DNA of 43,185 nt from Candidatus Dojkabacteria bacterium (GCA_047445235.1 JBLGEO010000085.1:1-43185); one strand, 5' to 3'. Positions 32,331 through 42,191 are shown, numbered from the stretch's first letter. Notes: generated from the sequence alone by a model not told the origin. Translations and numbers: made by a program.

Positions 32331-33239
32331 ATGAAAAAACAGATAGGACTTATTGGACTAGGAAAAATGGGAAAAGGTCTAGTATTAAATTTTAAAGATC
32401 ACGGATGGGATGTTGTAGCGTTCAACAGAACAACAGAAACAACAGATGAGTTCGCAAAACAAGGGATTACACCTTCATATTCAATTGAAGAATTAGTAAG
32501 AAAACTTGAAGCACCAAGAGTGGTTTGGACAATGCTTAAGGCAGGAGATCCTACACAAGATGCTATCTTTGGAGAAAAGGGATTGATTAATTACTTACAA
32601 GAAGGAGATATTATTATTGAAGGAGGAAACTCTTTCTATCAGAAAGATGCTGAAAATGCTGAAAATTTAAAAACTAAAGGAATTAAATATATCGATGCAG
32701 GAGTTTCCGGTGGACCAGACGGTGCAAGAAATGGTGCATGTATTATGGTAGGAGGAGAAAAAGAAATATTTGATTATTCTGAGGAAATTTTTAAAGATTT
32801 ATCTTTAGAAAATGGATATAAATTCTTTGCTGGATATGGAGCAGGTCATTTTGTAAAAATGGTTCATAATGGTATTGAATATGGAATGATGCAAGCAATT
32901 GCAGAAGGTTTTAATTTGATGAAAGTATCTTCATACAAACTAAATTTAATAGATGTACTAGATATTTATCAACATGGAAGTGTTATTGAATCAAGATTAA
33001 TTAATTGGACTAAAGAAGGTTATGAAAAATTTGGTGAAGAATTAGAAGGAGTAAAAGGAGAAGTAGAGATGCTTGGTGAAGGTGAATGGACTGTTAAAAC
33101 TGCCAAAGAAATGGGAGTACCTGTTCCAATAATCGAAGGTTCAGTTAAATACAGATTAGATTCTATCGGGAATCCCACGTATATAGGTAAGGTATTATCT
33201 ATGATGAGAACTATGTTTGGAAAGCATGATGTAAAATGA
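32331..33239 (+). CDS. gnd: 6-phosphogluconate dehydrogenase (decarboxylating), short ~300-aa form
   Basis: 302 aa with GLIGLGKMG, GGNS, DAGVSGG and GAGHFVKMVHNGIEYG motifs. Confidence 0.88.
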   Translation: MKKQIGLIGLGKMGKGLVLNFKDHGWDVVAFNRTTETTDEFAKQGITPSYSIEELVRKLEAPRVVWTMLKAGDPTQDAIFGEKGLINYLQEGDIIIEGGNSFYQKDAENAENLKTKGIKYIDAGVSGGPDGARNGACIMVGGEKEIFDYSEEIFKDLSLENGYKFFAGYGAGHFVKMVHNGIEYGMMQAIAEGFNLMKVSSYKLNLIDVLDIYQHGSVIESRLINWTKEGYEKFGEELEGVKGEVEMLGEGEWTVKTAKEMGVPVPIIEGSVKYRLDSIGNPTYIGKVLSMMRTMFGKHDVK

Positions 33240-33895
33240 ACTACGATAAGTTAATAAAATTCTTAAACGAATTATCAAAAAATAACAATAAGGAATGGTT
33301 CGAAGCTCATCGTCCAGAGTACCAAACATTGCGCTCAGACTTCGAAGATTTAGTAAGAGACCTAATACTCGGAATTGGAGAATTCGACTCTAAAATTAAG
33401 CTTATAGACCCAAAAAAGGCACTCTTTCGAATCAATAGAGATGTTAGATTCTCAAAAGATAAATCGCCTTATAAAACTCAGTTTAGCGCTGGAATTACAA
33501 ACTTTAATAAAAACACTGGGCTTCCAGAGTATTATTTTCACATAGATAAAGATGGGACTATGGTTTGTGGTGGTGGGATGTGGGCACCTACTCCTGAGCA
33601 ACTCAAAAGTATAAGAGATCATATTATCCAACAGCCAGAAGCTTTAGAAGATATTGTTTACGATAAAAAGTTTGCAGATTACTTTGGAGACATTGGTGGT
33701 GAAAGTTTAGTCAGAGTTCCAAGAGGATATGATGAAACGAATCCTTTAGTTAAATATTTAAAACTTAAAGGTTTTACTATTGGAAAGGATTTCAATTTAT
33801 CTAAAGGGAAAATTAAAGATCCAATTAAGCAAGCACTAGAGGTTTATAAGAATATGTATCCTTTCATGGAGTTTTTAAGAGATGCAGTATTATAA
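33236..33895 (+). CDS. DUF2461 (TIGR02453) family protein
   Basis: 219 aa with NNNKEWFEAHRPEY and FRINRDVRFSKDKSPYKT hallmarks. Its start overlaps the gnd stop (ATGA). Confidence 0.85.
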   Translation: MNYDKLIKFLNELSKNNNKEWFEAHRPEYQTLRSDFEDLVRDLILGIGEFDSKIKLIDPKKALFRINRDVRFSKDKSPYKTQFSAGITNFNKNTGLPEYYFHIDKDGTMVCGGGMWAPTPEQLKSIRDHIIQQPEALEDIVYDKKFADYFGDIGGESLVRVPRGYDETNPLVKYLKLKGFTIGKDFNLSKGKIKDPIKQALEVYKNMYPFMEFLRDAVL

Positions 33896-33945
33896 TTATT
33901 TTATTAAATTTGTTAACATCCTTATATAAACTTTATTGAATAAAT

Positions 33946-34986
33946 ATGAATTACAGAACTTTAGGTAAAACAGGTTTAAAAGTTTCAGAGTTAGGCTTTG
34001 GAACATGGCAATTGGCAAATGACCCAGGAAGTTGGGTTGGAAGTGATCCAAAAGAGAGTTTGGAATGTTTACATAAATTTGTAGATGAAGGTGGAAACTT
34101 TATAGACACAGCTTGGATTTATGGATATGACGAAACTAAACCAGAAACTCATCCATCGGAAGAATTAGTAGGAAAATTTCTAAAAGAACATGGAAAAGAG
34201 AATATTATTGTAGCTACAAAGATTGCTCCTTTAGACATGCATTGGCCAGCTTGGAAGGGAACACCAATTCAAGAAGTTTTCCCAGCATCAAAAATCAAAT
34301 CTAGTGTTGAAGACTCTTTAAGATGTTTAGGAGTTGAACAAATAGATTTAATGCAATTTCATGTTTGGCAAGATGCTTGGGCAAATGAAAACGAATGGAA
34401 AGATACTGTACAAGAATTAATGCAAAGTGGAAAAGTTAAAAATTTTGGAATTTCAATTAACGATTATCAACCCAGCAACTGTTTGAAGACTTTAGATACA
34501 GGTTTAATTTCTACAATTCAATTTATATTTAATATTTTTCATCAAAAGCCAACAGAAAAACTTTTACCTTATGCAAAGGAACATAATATTGGTTTAATAG
34601 CACGAGTTCCTTTAGACGAAGGTGGGCTTGCTGGAAAGTTTACACTAGATTCAGTCTTCCCAGATGGAGATCTAAGACAACATTACTTTGAAGGAGAAAG
34701 ATTAACAGAGTTAGTAAAAAGAACAGATGAGTTAAAGAAACTATTGGGTAATGGAGTAGAGTCACTTCCAGAAATGGCTTTGAGATATATTCTTTCTTTT
34801 GATGAAATCTCTGCAGTAATTCCAGGAATGAGGAGACTTTACCAAGTTGATGGAAATATTAGCGCTGCAGAAGCTGGAAAGCTTTCAGTAGAGTTAATGA
34901 CTGAACTTAAAAAACACTCATGGGAAAGGAACTTCTACCACGAACATGATCCTAAGATGGAAGATACTGGTTACATCGAAGTCTAA
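33946..34986 (+). CDS. aldo/keto reductase
   Basis: 346 aa. LGKTGLKVSELGFGTW N-terminus, DTAWIYG, a catalytic Lys region and an AKR-type C-terminal half. Confidence 0.9.
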   Translation: MNYRTLGKTGLKVSELGFGTWQLANDPGSWVGSDPKESLECLHKFVDEGGNFIDTAWIYGYDETKPETHPSEELVGKFLKEHGKENIIVATKIAPLDMHWPAWKGTPIQEVFPASKIKSSVEDSLRCLGVEQIDLMQFHVWQDAWANENEWKDTVQELMQSGKVKNFGISINDYQPSNCLKTLDTGLISTIQFIFNIFHQKPTEKLLPYAKEHNIGLIARVPLDEGGLAGKFTLDSVFPDGDLRQHYFEGERLTELVKRTDELKKLLGNGVESLPEMALRYILSFDEISAVIPGMRRLYQVDGNISAAEAGKLSVELMTELKKHSWERNFYHEHDPKMEDTGYIEV

Positions 34987-35046
34987 GGATTCAATTGCAA
35001 AATAAGAAATCTTCCACTATTCTGTAGCTAGAATTTCCTTTAATAC

Positions 35047-36465
35047 ATGACATTCACAACTTTAAGTTTTGCAATTTTCTTTGTAATAGCCTTCATTCCT
35101 GCGATCTTTTTGAAGTCCAGAGTAAGAATATATAAAGTATATCTTCTGCTTGTAAGCGCAGTCTTTTACTTCCTAATTAAACCCGAATTTTTAGCAATAT
35201 TAGCAATCAGTATTGTAATTAACTACGCTTTCAACGTTTTAATCTCTAGAAATCTAAATGGGAAAAAAGGTATTTTTGTATTTGCTATCATCATCAACCT
35301 CATATTCCTGGGAGTTTTCAAATACTATAATTTCTTTATAGATAGCTTTTTAAATATAACGAAAGCGTTAAACATACCTTCTACTTTAGGAGTAATACAA
35401 ATATTAGCTCCAGCTGGAATATCTTTCTTTACCTTTAAAGCTATATCTCACTTATTTGATGTGCACAGAGGAGACTTAAAGAAGTTTAATCTGCTGGATT
35501 ATGCAAACTTTATTTCTTTCTTTCCACAAATAGCATCCGGTCCGCTTGTAAGAGCAGATGTATTCTACGAAGACTTAAACTCCAGTCATAAATACAAGTA
35601 CAACATTGGAGAAGTAACAGGACTTTTTATTGGTGGGTTATTTAAAAAATACGTAATAGCAAGTTTCCTATTTATAATATTAGACGGACCATTTACGTCA
35701 CCTGCAAACTATAATTCATTAGAACTTTTTATTGCAATGCTTGGTTACGCATGCTTAATTTTTGTAGACTTCAGTGGGTATTCAGATATGGCAAACAGTG
35801 TAACAATGTTATTAGGATTTAAACCAGTCATCAATTTCAAGCTTCCATATTCTTCTGAAAGTTTAAAAGAATTCTGGAGAAGATGGCATATTTCTTTATC
35901 AGAATGGCTTAAAGATTATTTATATATTCCACTTGGTGGAAGCAGAAAAGGAGAAGTTAGAAAGTACATTAATCTCTTTCTGACAATGCTTATTGGAGGT
36001 TTTTGGCATGGTGCAGGAATTAACTTTATTATTTGGGGAGGAATACATGGAATTGGATTAGCTTGGAGTCACTTTGTTACTTGGCTTTTTGATTTTAAAG
36101 AGAACAAACTGATTAGATTCATTGGAGTAATAACTACATTTTCCTTTGTGAGTATTGCTTGGATTTTCTTTAATACAAAAACTTCCGAAATTGCACTTCA
36201 ATTTATAGGACAAATGTTTAGTTTTACAGACATGAATGCTACAGGAAAGGTCGTTACTCAAAGCAACTTAATCGATCCGCTAGTAATTTTAGTTATAGTT
36301 GGAGTTTTACTTTGGAATCTTGTTGGAGATAAAATTAGTAAGGTAGGAGTTTGGGTATTATCAAGAAATATAATAATTACATTCATATTAACAGCTGCTG
36401 CAATTGGTTTGATTTTAAAGTTTGGACCAACAACAGTACCACCATTTATTTACTTTAATTTCTAA
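35047..36465 (+). CDS. MBOAT-family membrane O-acyltransferase (AlgI/DltB/PatA-like)
   Basis: 472 aa, polytopic. FWRRWHISLSEWLKDYLYIPLGGSR and GGFWHGAG contain the conserved MBOAT His. Confidence 0.9.
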   Translation: MTFTTLSFAIFFVIAFIPAIFLKSRVRIYKVYLLLVSAVFYFLIKPEFLAILAISIVINYAFNVLISRNLNGKKGIFVFAIIINLIFLGVFKYYNFFIDSFLNITKALNIPSTLGVIQILAPAGISFFTFKAISHLFDVHRGDLKKFNLLDYANFISFFPQIASGPLVRADVFYEDLNSSHKYKYNIGEVTGLFIGGLFKKYVIASFLFIILDGPFTSPANYNSLELFIAMLGYACLIFVDFSGYSDMANSVTMLLGFKPVINFKLPYSSESLKEFWRRWHISLSEWLKDYLYIPLGGSRKGEVRKYINLFLTMLIGGFWHGAGINFIIWGGIHGIGLAWSHFVTWLFDFKENKLIRFIGVITTFSFVSIAWIFFNTKTSEIALQFIGQMFSFTDMNATGKVVTQSNLIDPLVILVIVGVLLWNLVGDKISKVGVWVLSRNIIITFILTAAAIGLILKFGPTTVPPFIYFNF

Positions 36466-37402
36466 TAACAAGTTGGTTCATAAAGAATTCAATATAAAAA
36501 GCAATAAAGGACATTCAATCTTAAACGACATAAGTGTTGTAGTTTTTGTTGCAGTCATTTTATTGTTCTTTTTTATAATAGATCCCTCTGGAGTACAGGC
36601 AATAATAGAAAGGGATAATATTTTTATAAAACATTCAAGCCTAAATGCACCAGCAGCTCAAAATAATTTAGGTTCTAAAAAATCTGTAACAGAATTACTG
36701 GCTTCACAACCTCAATTCGAACTAAAACCATTAAAACCTCAAAAACCTAACCCAGTTTCAGAAGGCTCTTACTATTTAATTATGGGAGATTCAATGATGC
36801 AACAAGGAATCGGTTCAAGTTTAGAAAACGATCTTCTGACTGGTAAGGTCTCAGGAGTTACAAGAGAAGCAATTCAGTCAACAGGGTTGCTACATCCAGA
36901 GAGACTTGATTGGTATTCTAGAGCTTCTCAGCTTGCAGATCAAACACATCCAGCAGTGGCAGTAGTTATGTGGGGATTAAATGATTTGGATAATATTTAT
37001 GATTGGAACACAGGTAGATCATACCTATATGGAAATGATGACTGGAAACTTGCCTATGCTCAGAAGGTGGATCAAATGATAAATATTCTTCTAAATGAAA
37101 AAGGAATAAAAAAAGTCTTCTGGATTGGCTTACCAATTGCAAGAGAAGAGAATTGGAATTATGGGATTAGAATTGAAAATGAAGTATTCAAAACAGTTGC
37201 AAGCAGATATATAAATGCAGTTTATGTTGATACTTTTGAGAGGTTTGCTGTAAATGGTGCATATTCAGAAACTGTAACAGACGATAGAGGAAATACTCAA
37301 TTTGCAAGACAAGCAGATGGAGTGCATGTAAACCTATTTGGTGGAGAAATCATGGCGGATTTAATTGTCAAAAGCATGAGAGATCATGATGTTCACTTTT
37401 AA
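36422..37402 (+). CDS. membrane-anchored SGNH/GDSL-like hydrolase or acyltransferase, probable partner of the MBOAT
   Basis: One TM helix, block I IMGDSMM, block III WGLNDL and block V DGVHVN. The start is uncertain: TTG 36422 overlaps the MBOAT gene by 44 nt, and the alternative TTG 36473 lies just after its stop. Confidence 0.6.
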   Translation: MDQQQYHHLFTLISNNKLVHKEFNIKSNKGHSILNDISVVVFVAVILLFFFIIDPSGVQAIIERDNIFIKHSSLNAPAAQNNLGSKKSVTELLASQPQFELKPLKPQKPNPVSEGSYYLIMGDSMMQQGIGSSLENDLLTGKVSGVTREAIQSTGLLHPERLDWYSRASQLADQTHPAVAVVMWGLNDLDNIYDWNTGRSYLYGNDDWKLAYAQKVDQMINILLNEKGIKKVFWIGLPIAREENWNYGIRIENEVFKTVASRYINAVYVDTFERFAVNGAYSETVTDDRGNTQFARQADGVHVNLFGGEIMADLIVKSMRDHDVHF

Positions 37403-38249
37403 GTATATGGAAAGAAATAAAAAAACATTACAAATTATTACTGGCATAATCTTTATTCTTGTATTGGTAGGATTGTTTATATATGTTGCAAACCAGCTGC
37501 AATTGAATAAAGATTCTAAAGTAATAATTGATTCTAATAACAGTATCTTGGGTAACTTTACAAATCAGTTTAAAGACTCAGCCAAGGTATTCCAGAATGT
37601 AGATTCGATAAAAATTGATACAACAAAACAAAAAGAGCTAACCGACTTGTTAGCTAGTTACCCAGCACAAATTGAGAATTCTAAAAATCAATTAAAACCG
37701 GGGATAAATTCTCCAAGTAGTAATAATTATAAACTAGCAATATCAAAACTAGATTCAATCAGTGATTCTGTAAATAATTTGAAGTCTATTTTGGATATAA
37801 AATTATGTATTAACTCCAAGTTTGGAGATTACGCAAAGGTGCTAGGGACTATTACGGATCTACAAGATCAAGTAGCTAGATCTAACTCATTTTCAGATTC
37901 TAAGACAGTCGTGACTAATTTAAAGACGGCGTACTTAGATTTAGTTTCAAAATCTTTAGAATTAGATAAGTGTATAACAATGGATAAATTTTCGGATTTG
38001 AAGAAAAGTATTTCAGATGGACAAGCTGAGGATAAGGCAAGTGTAGATAATTACCAGACTACATATCTTGACCCTTTGATAGCACTTTATACTTCAGAAG
38101 ACTCTGCGAAGATATCTGAATTTATAGATGCAAACTCAGCCGTGAGTGTAAAGTTAAAATTACCTTCGTTGTTTGATAATTCTACAGATTTGTCTATTAC
38201 AGATAAAGTAATTGAAGAGGAGGTGATCGCTTTAGTTTCTAGGATTTAA
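37386..38249 (+). CDS. hypothetical N-terminally anchored protein (about 280 aa, helical ectodomain)
   Basis: Long ORF. An alternative start at ATG 37407 (MERNKKTLQIITGIIFILVLVGLF) would give basic residues followed by a TM helix. No family recognised. Confidence 0.6.
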   Translation: MMFTFKYMERNKKTLQIITGIIFILVLVGLFIYVANQLQLNKDSKVIIDSNNSILGNFTNQFKDSAKVFQNVDSIKIDTTKQKELTDLLASYPAQIENSKNQLKPGINSPSSNNYKLAISKLDSISDSVNNLKSILDIKLCINSKFGDYAKVLGTITDLQDQVARSNSFSDSKTVVTNLKTAYLDLVSKSLELDKCITMDKFSDLKKSISDGQAEDKASVDNYQTTYLDPLIALYTSEDSAKISEFIDANSAVSVKLKLPSLFDNSTDLSITDKVIEEEVIALVSRI

Positions 38250-38261
38250 TAATTTCAAATT

Positions 38262-38298
38262 AAAAACGAGAGTTGAATTTCATATCAACTCTCGTTTA
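38262..38298. terminator. bidirectional hairpin between convergent genes
   Basis: AAACGAGAGTTGA-ATTTCATA-TCAACTCTCGTTT is a perfect 13-bp stem with A/T runs on both sides. Confidence 0.65.
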
Positions 38299-38328
38299 AG
38301 TGTAATATCGGTCTTGGTGTTGTTACAG

Positions 38329-38748
38329 TTATGTAACAATATTTTCTAGCCATCTTTCTGCTTCTTCTCTTGTTGGAAAGTCCTTTATTAGGTCTTGCGG
38401 AGTTATTCCAGCAGGTGAACCTTCCTGAGCAGCAACTTGCTTTGCAGTTTCTGAAAGTATTATTTGTAGTAAAGGAATATATTTAGGATCTAATCCAAAG
38501 CTAGCAATCTGATTAAACTGTAAATCCCTAGTACCCTTTACAGCTAATTCAGAAGCAATTTTTTCCATTTCCATTAAATGCGAGCAATCCACTAGCAATT
38601 TTACAGGAAAATCTTTATCTTCAAGCTGAAGAGCTAGATCGTATACTCGTGTTATAAGTGCAATATAATCTTTTTCTGTGATCCTACTACCTAAAACTAT
38701 TTCAAGCCAATTGTTTTCGTCGAGAAATGCTTTTGTTTCTTGTTCCAT
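38329..38748 (-). CDS. hypothetical protein, possibly STAS/SpoIIAA-like
   Basis: 139 aa. The pattern VKLLVDCSHL...FNQIASFG is reminiscent of SpoIIAA-like STAS domains. This is a weak, memory-based call. Confidence 0.5.
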   Translation of the reverse strand: MEQETKAFLDENNWLEIVLGSRITEKDYIALITRVYDLALQLEDKDFPVKLLVDCSHLMEMEKIASELAVKGTRDLQFNQIASFGLDPKYIPLLQIILSETAKQVAAQEGSPAGITPQDLIKDFPTREEAERWLENIVT

Positions 38749-38899
38749 ATCTAAGTAATAATATATAGATAAATTTAGTATACAAGAAATTTATACACAA
38801 AGATATATTAAAATAATACGCAAAATTTAAATCGTTAACCTGTGCAGTGATTGCTATGGTATCTAAAAGGGAACAATAAGGGAGAAACATAATTTAAAA

Positions 38900-38973
38900 C
38901 GGGATGGATGGGTTTCGAACCCACAACCTTTCGCGTGACAGGCGAATGCTCTAACCAGTTGAGCTACCACCCC
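38900..38973 (-). tRNA. tRNA-Asp (anticodon GTC)
   Basis: Minus strand GGGGTGG-TA-GCTC-AACTGGTTA-GAGC-A-TTCGC-CTGTCAC-GCGAA-AGGTT-GTGGG-TTCGAAA-CCCAT-CCATCCC-G folds as a cloverleaf. No encoded CCA. Confidence 0.93.
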
Positions 38974-39078
38974 ATTAAATAGATGCATAGGATTTTAACG
39001 GATTTTCGTGAATTTTTCTATAGTTTTGCTCACCTTTCTTTCATTTACTGTATAATATTATAGAATTAGCACAATTAT

Positions 39079-40596
39079 ATGAAATCTACTAGTGAAAAAG
39101 CGATAATTTTCTTATCAACTGGTTTGATTATATTCTCTGCATTGCTAATATCCTACTCTAGCCTCACAATGAAGAATGGTAATTCCGATACTAATACATC
39201 TCTTGTTTCAAATTCAAATAATAACACATCGTTAAATAACGGTAGTGCGGATGTTCTCGGGGTAAGTTCAACTGATTTAACACCAAACACTACAGGTACA
39301 CAAAGTTCACTATCTTCTTCAACAACTACAACACATACTCCAGTACCTCAGCCCGTCATTACACAAAACACCCAATATATTAATACTACTAGAGAGCCTC
39401 TAAGTGATATAAAACCGAAAGATTTCTATTTTACTTCTGTCACTACAGACCTATTAGGTAAGAGTTTTAGAGTAAAGTACGAAGATGGTACTTATAGTAG
39501 CTTCGAAAAGATTGAGCCAATGGATTCTTTAAAAGGTGATACAGATGTTACGATTAATAGAGCTTCAATCATATACAAATTTGATAAAAATTTTACTGAT
39601 GTAGAAATAGATAATAACCCTGGAGATATCACTGTAAATTTTATAAATGATCCAGACAATACACTAACAGCTTCTGCAAATAACGTAGCTTACGATTACG
39701 AGAAAGAATATAAAAAACGTCTGTTCACTAACTTTGGAATTAACTTTGTAACAAGAGAAGAGTGGGGAGCCCCTTCTTACAGTGATTGGACACCCGAATT
39801 TAATAAAGTAGATAGGATTGTTGTTCATCATACTGCTGGTTCTGTAGATTGGGCTAACCCAAGCAATACTGTCAAATCTATTTACAACGAGCATAAGATT
39901 AGATGCTCTAATAATATTGGCTACTATCCAGCAAACTGTACAATAGACAATACTTGGAGTGATATTGGATATAACTATTTACTTGACGCTTATGGCAATG
40001 TTTACGAAGGAAGGTCAGGTGGAAATGGGGTAATAGGAGCACATGCAATTCCAAATGGAGGTTCAATTGGTATCTCACTTCTTGGAGATTATACTAGTAA
40101 TGCCCCTCCGACTGTAATGATGGATACTTTAACAAAACTGATTGGAGCTCTAAGTTTTATGAATGATTTTAAAGTTATTTGGCAACAAAGTTTGTTTGGT
40201 CATAGAGATTATTTAAACACTGAGTGTCCTGGAACTCAGGTATATTTAAGATTACCTCAGCTAGCAGTCAATGCAGAAGTGATAAGAAAAAATTACGGGA
40301 ACCTTAGTACTTATAGAGATATGATCGGAAAATTCTCATTTGGGCAAGATTTTATAAAAAGTAATCCACAGATTACAGATTCTGATGGGCTTAGTCATGT
40401 CTATCTTGTAGCGGATAACATTGATGATGAAATGAAGTTAAAGCTGAAAAGCACGCCTACATGGAGTGGAACAGTTGGTAGTACAATTTATGGTGATAAT
40501 GTGCTAGTTTACATAGATAAAGTCTGGGCACCAATATTTATAGGTGAAGTAGGGATAAGTATCCCAGGAATTCAATTTAGTACTGATTTACCATAA
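39079..40596 (+). CDS. N-acetylmuramoyl-L-alanine amidase (Amidase_2/PGRP type) with N-terminal anchor and Ser/Thr/Asn-rich linker
   Basis: 505 aa with VVHHTAG, GYNYLLDAYGNVYEGR, GAHA and GHRDYLNTECPG zinc-amidase motifs. TM helix at residues ~8-30. Confidence 0.87.
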   Translation: MKSTSEKAIIFLSTGLIIFSALLISYSSLTMKNGNSDTNTSLVSNSNNNTSLNNGSADVLGVSSTDLTPNTTGTQSSLSSSTTTTHTPVPQPVITQNTQYINTTREPLSDIKPKDFYFTSVTTDLLGKSFRVKYEDGTYSSFEKIEPMDSLKGDTDVTINRASIIYKFDKNFTDVEIDNNPGDITVNFINDPDNTLTASANNVAYDYEKEYKKRLFTNFGINFVTREEWGAPSYSDWTPEFNKVDRIVVHHTAGSVDWANPSNTVKSIYNEHKIRCSNNIGYYPANCTIDNTWSDIGYNYLLDAYGNVYEGRSGGNGVIGAHAIPNGGSIGISLLGDYTSNAPPTVMMDTLTKLIGALSFMNDFKVIWQQSLFGHRDYLNTECPGTQVYLRLPQLAVNAEVIRKNYGNLSTYRDMIGKFSFGQDFIKSNPQITDSDGLSHVYLVADNIDDEMKLKLKSTPTWSGTVGSTIYGDNVLVYIDKVWAPIFIGEVGISIPGIQFSTDLP

Positions 40597-41354
40597 TGGA
40601 CGATTTAACAGTAGACACAATATTCTTCGACTACGAGAATAACCCTATAGAGATATTAACTTTATCCGGAGAACATAATGAAAAAGACTTTATTTTCCTA
40701 AATGGAATTGCAAGCCCTGTACAAAACTGTATTAATCTCCTTACTGAGATAGCAGATAGAGGTTACAATGTTTGGGCAATTAATATGCCAGGTCACGGAA
40801 AAAGCGGCATGATGCACGATGTAACTTGGGATTTAATGCAAGATATTCTTACAAAAATTATTAAGAGTTATGATATTAAAAAACCAGTTCTTGGGGGTTT
40901 TTCTATGGGCGGAGCATTAGCATTAAGATACTTTTCAGAATTTCCTGATCAAGTTGATAGTGTAAGGTTACTTTCACCCTTGTGCTATGATTTACCTTCA
41001 ATACATGAGTTGGTAATGAATGGTGTAAAATTCTCTCTAAAGTTTGCTAAAGATTACTGGGATAATTCTGAAGGAAAAGAACTCCCAGCTCACATTTATC
41101 CATACTACTATCTTAGAAATTATTCTCAAACACTTTTTTCCGGTGCAATAGACCCAGCAAAGTTTAAGAAATTAGGACATAGGATACATATAGTTGTTAG
41201 TTATGATGATGAAATTATTGAGCAAGAGAGAGTAAGAAAAGCTATTCGAAAAATTCACGGAGTTACATTGGATGCTTTGCATGGTTTCACTCATGAGATG
41301 TACTATTCCACAAAAGAAACTATTTCTGAAATAGTTGATAATTTACTAAAGTAA
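40596..41354 (+). CDS. alpha/beta hydrolase (tandem paralog 1)
   Basis: 252 aa with NMPGHGKSG, nucleophile elbow GFSMGG, acid YDDE and His in FTHEMYY. Its start overlaps the amidase stop (TAATG). Confidence 0.8.
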   Translation: MDDLTVDTIFFDYENNPIEILTLSGEHNEKDFIFLNGIASPVQNCINLLTEIADRGYNVWAINMPGHGKSGMMHDVTWDLMQDILTKIIKSYDIKKPVLGGFSMGGALALRYFSEFPDQVDSVRLLSPLCYDLPSIHELVMNGVKFSLKFAKDYWDNSEGKELPAHIYPYYYLRNYSQTLFSGAIDPAKFKKLGHRIHIVVSYDDEIIEQERVRKAIRKIHGVTLDALHGFTHEMYYSTKETISEIVDNLLK

Positions 41355-41364
41355 GAAGATATCA

Positions 41365-42156
41365 ATGAACAAACCACTTTTTTTAGAAACTCTTTTTGAT
41401 TATAACAATTATCCAATAGAAGTAATTTCTATGGTAGGCAGCTCGGACAAAAATATTATCTTTATTAACGGAATTGCCGATCCAGGACAGAATCATTTGG
41501 ATATTCTCGAAGGTTTTGTTGACCTAGGCTATTCAGTTTGGGCTATAAACATGCCAGGACATGGTAGAAGCGCAATGTTTCCAGAGAAGATTACTTGGAA
41601 AATAATGGTTGATATAGTTCACAGTTTTGTTGAAGAAATGGAGATTGGAAAATTCACTATGAGTGGTTTTTCAATGGGTGGAGGTGTGGCGTTAAGGTAT
41701 GCAGAAAGATATCCAAATCAAATTGACGAACTGACGTTGCTATCTCCTTTCTGTTACAAAATTGACTCCATTCTTGAAATTGTTGTTGGCGGTGCAAAAT
41801 TTGTTATAGACTTTACAGCTAATTCCATAGCTAATCCAACAAATAAACCAGCGCCTACGAAAGTATTCCCGTTTTACTTCTTAACCCATTACCAAGACAT
41901 AATTTTAGACACTAAGCTAGACCTAGAAAAATTGTCTGGAATTAAAGTTCATGTAGTTGTTGGAGAAAACGACCCTATCGTAAGATCAGAAAAGGTTATT
42001 GAAACACTTCAAGGTATCCCAGACGTCACATTTGATATTGTTAAAGGATTAACTCACGATATATATTATAGAAAGGCCCATATCATTGGGGAAATAATAC
42101 AAAAGATGATAAAATACCTCGCATTAAACGAGAATTCTGAATTTAAGTTTAAATAA
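41365..42156 (+). CDS. alpha/beta hydrolase (tandem paralog 2)
   Basis: 263 aa with NMPGHGRSA, GFSMGG, ENDP and LTHDIYY. Colinear with 40596..41354. Confidence 0.8.
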   Translation: MNKPLFLETLFDYNNYPIEVISMVGSSDKNIIFINGIADPGQNHLDILEGFVDLGYSVWAINMPGHGRSAMFPEKITWKIMVDIVHSFVEEMEIGKFTMSGFSMGGGVALRYAERYPNQIDELTLLSPFCYKIDSILEIVVGGAKFVIDFTANSIANPTNKPAPTKVFPFYFLTHYQDIILDTKLDLEKLSGIKVHVVVGENDPIVRSEKVIETLQGIPDVTFDIVKGLTHDIYYRKAHIIGEIIQKMIKYLALNENSEFKFK

Positions 42157-42191
42157 ATGTATTGTATACACGTGGACCCTGTCCCGAATGT

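Noticed and set aside
38702-38890. 62-aa minus-strand ORF between the STAS-like gene and tRNA-Asp
   Set aside because: It overlaps the start of 38329..38748, abuts the tRNA, and has low-complexity Ile/Leu/Tyr-rich composition typical of AT-rich intergenic DNA. It most likely covers the promoter region of the downstream gene.
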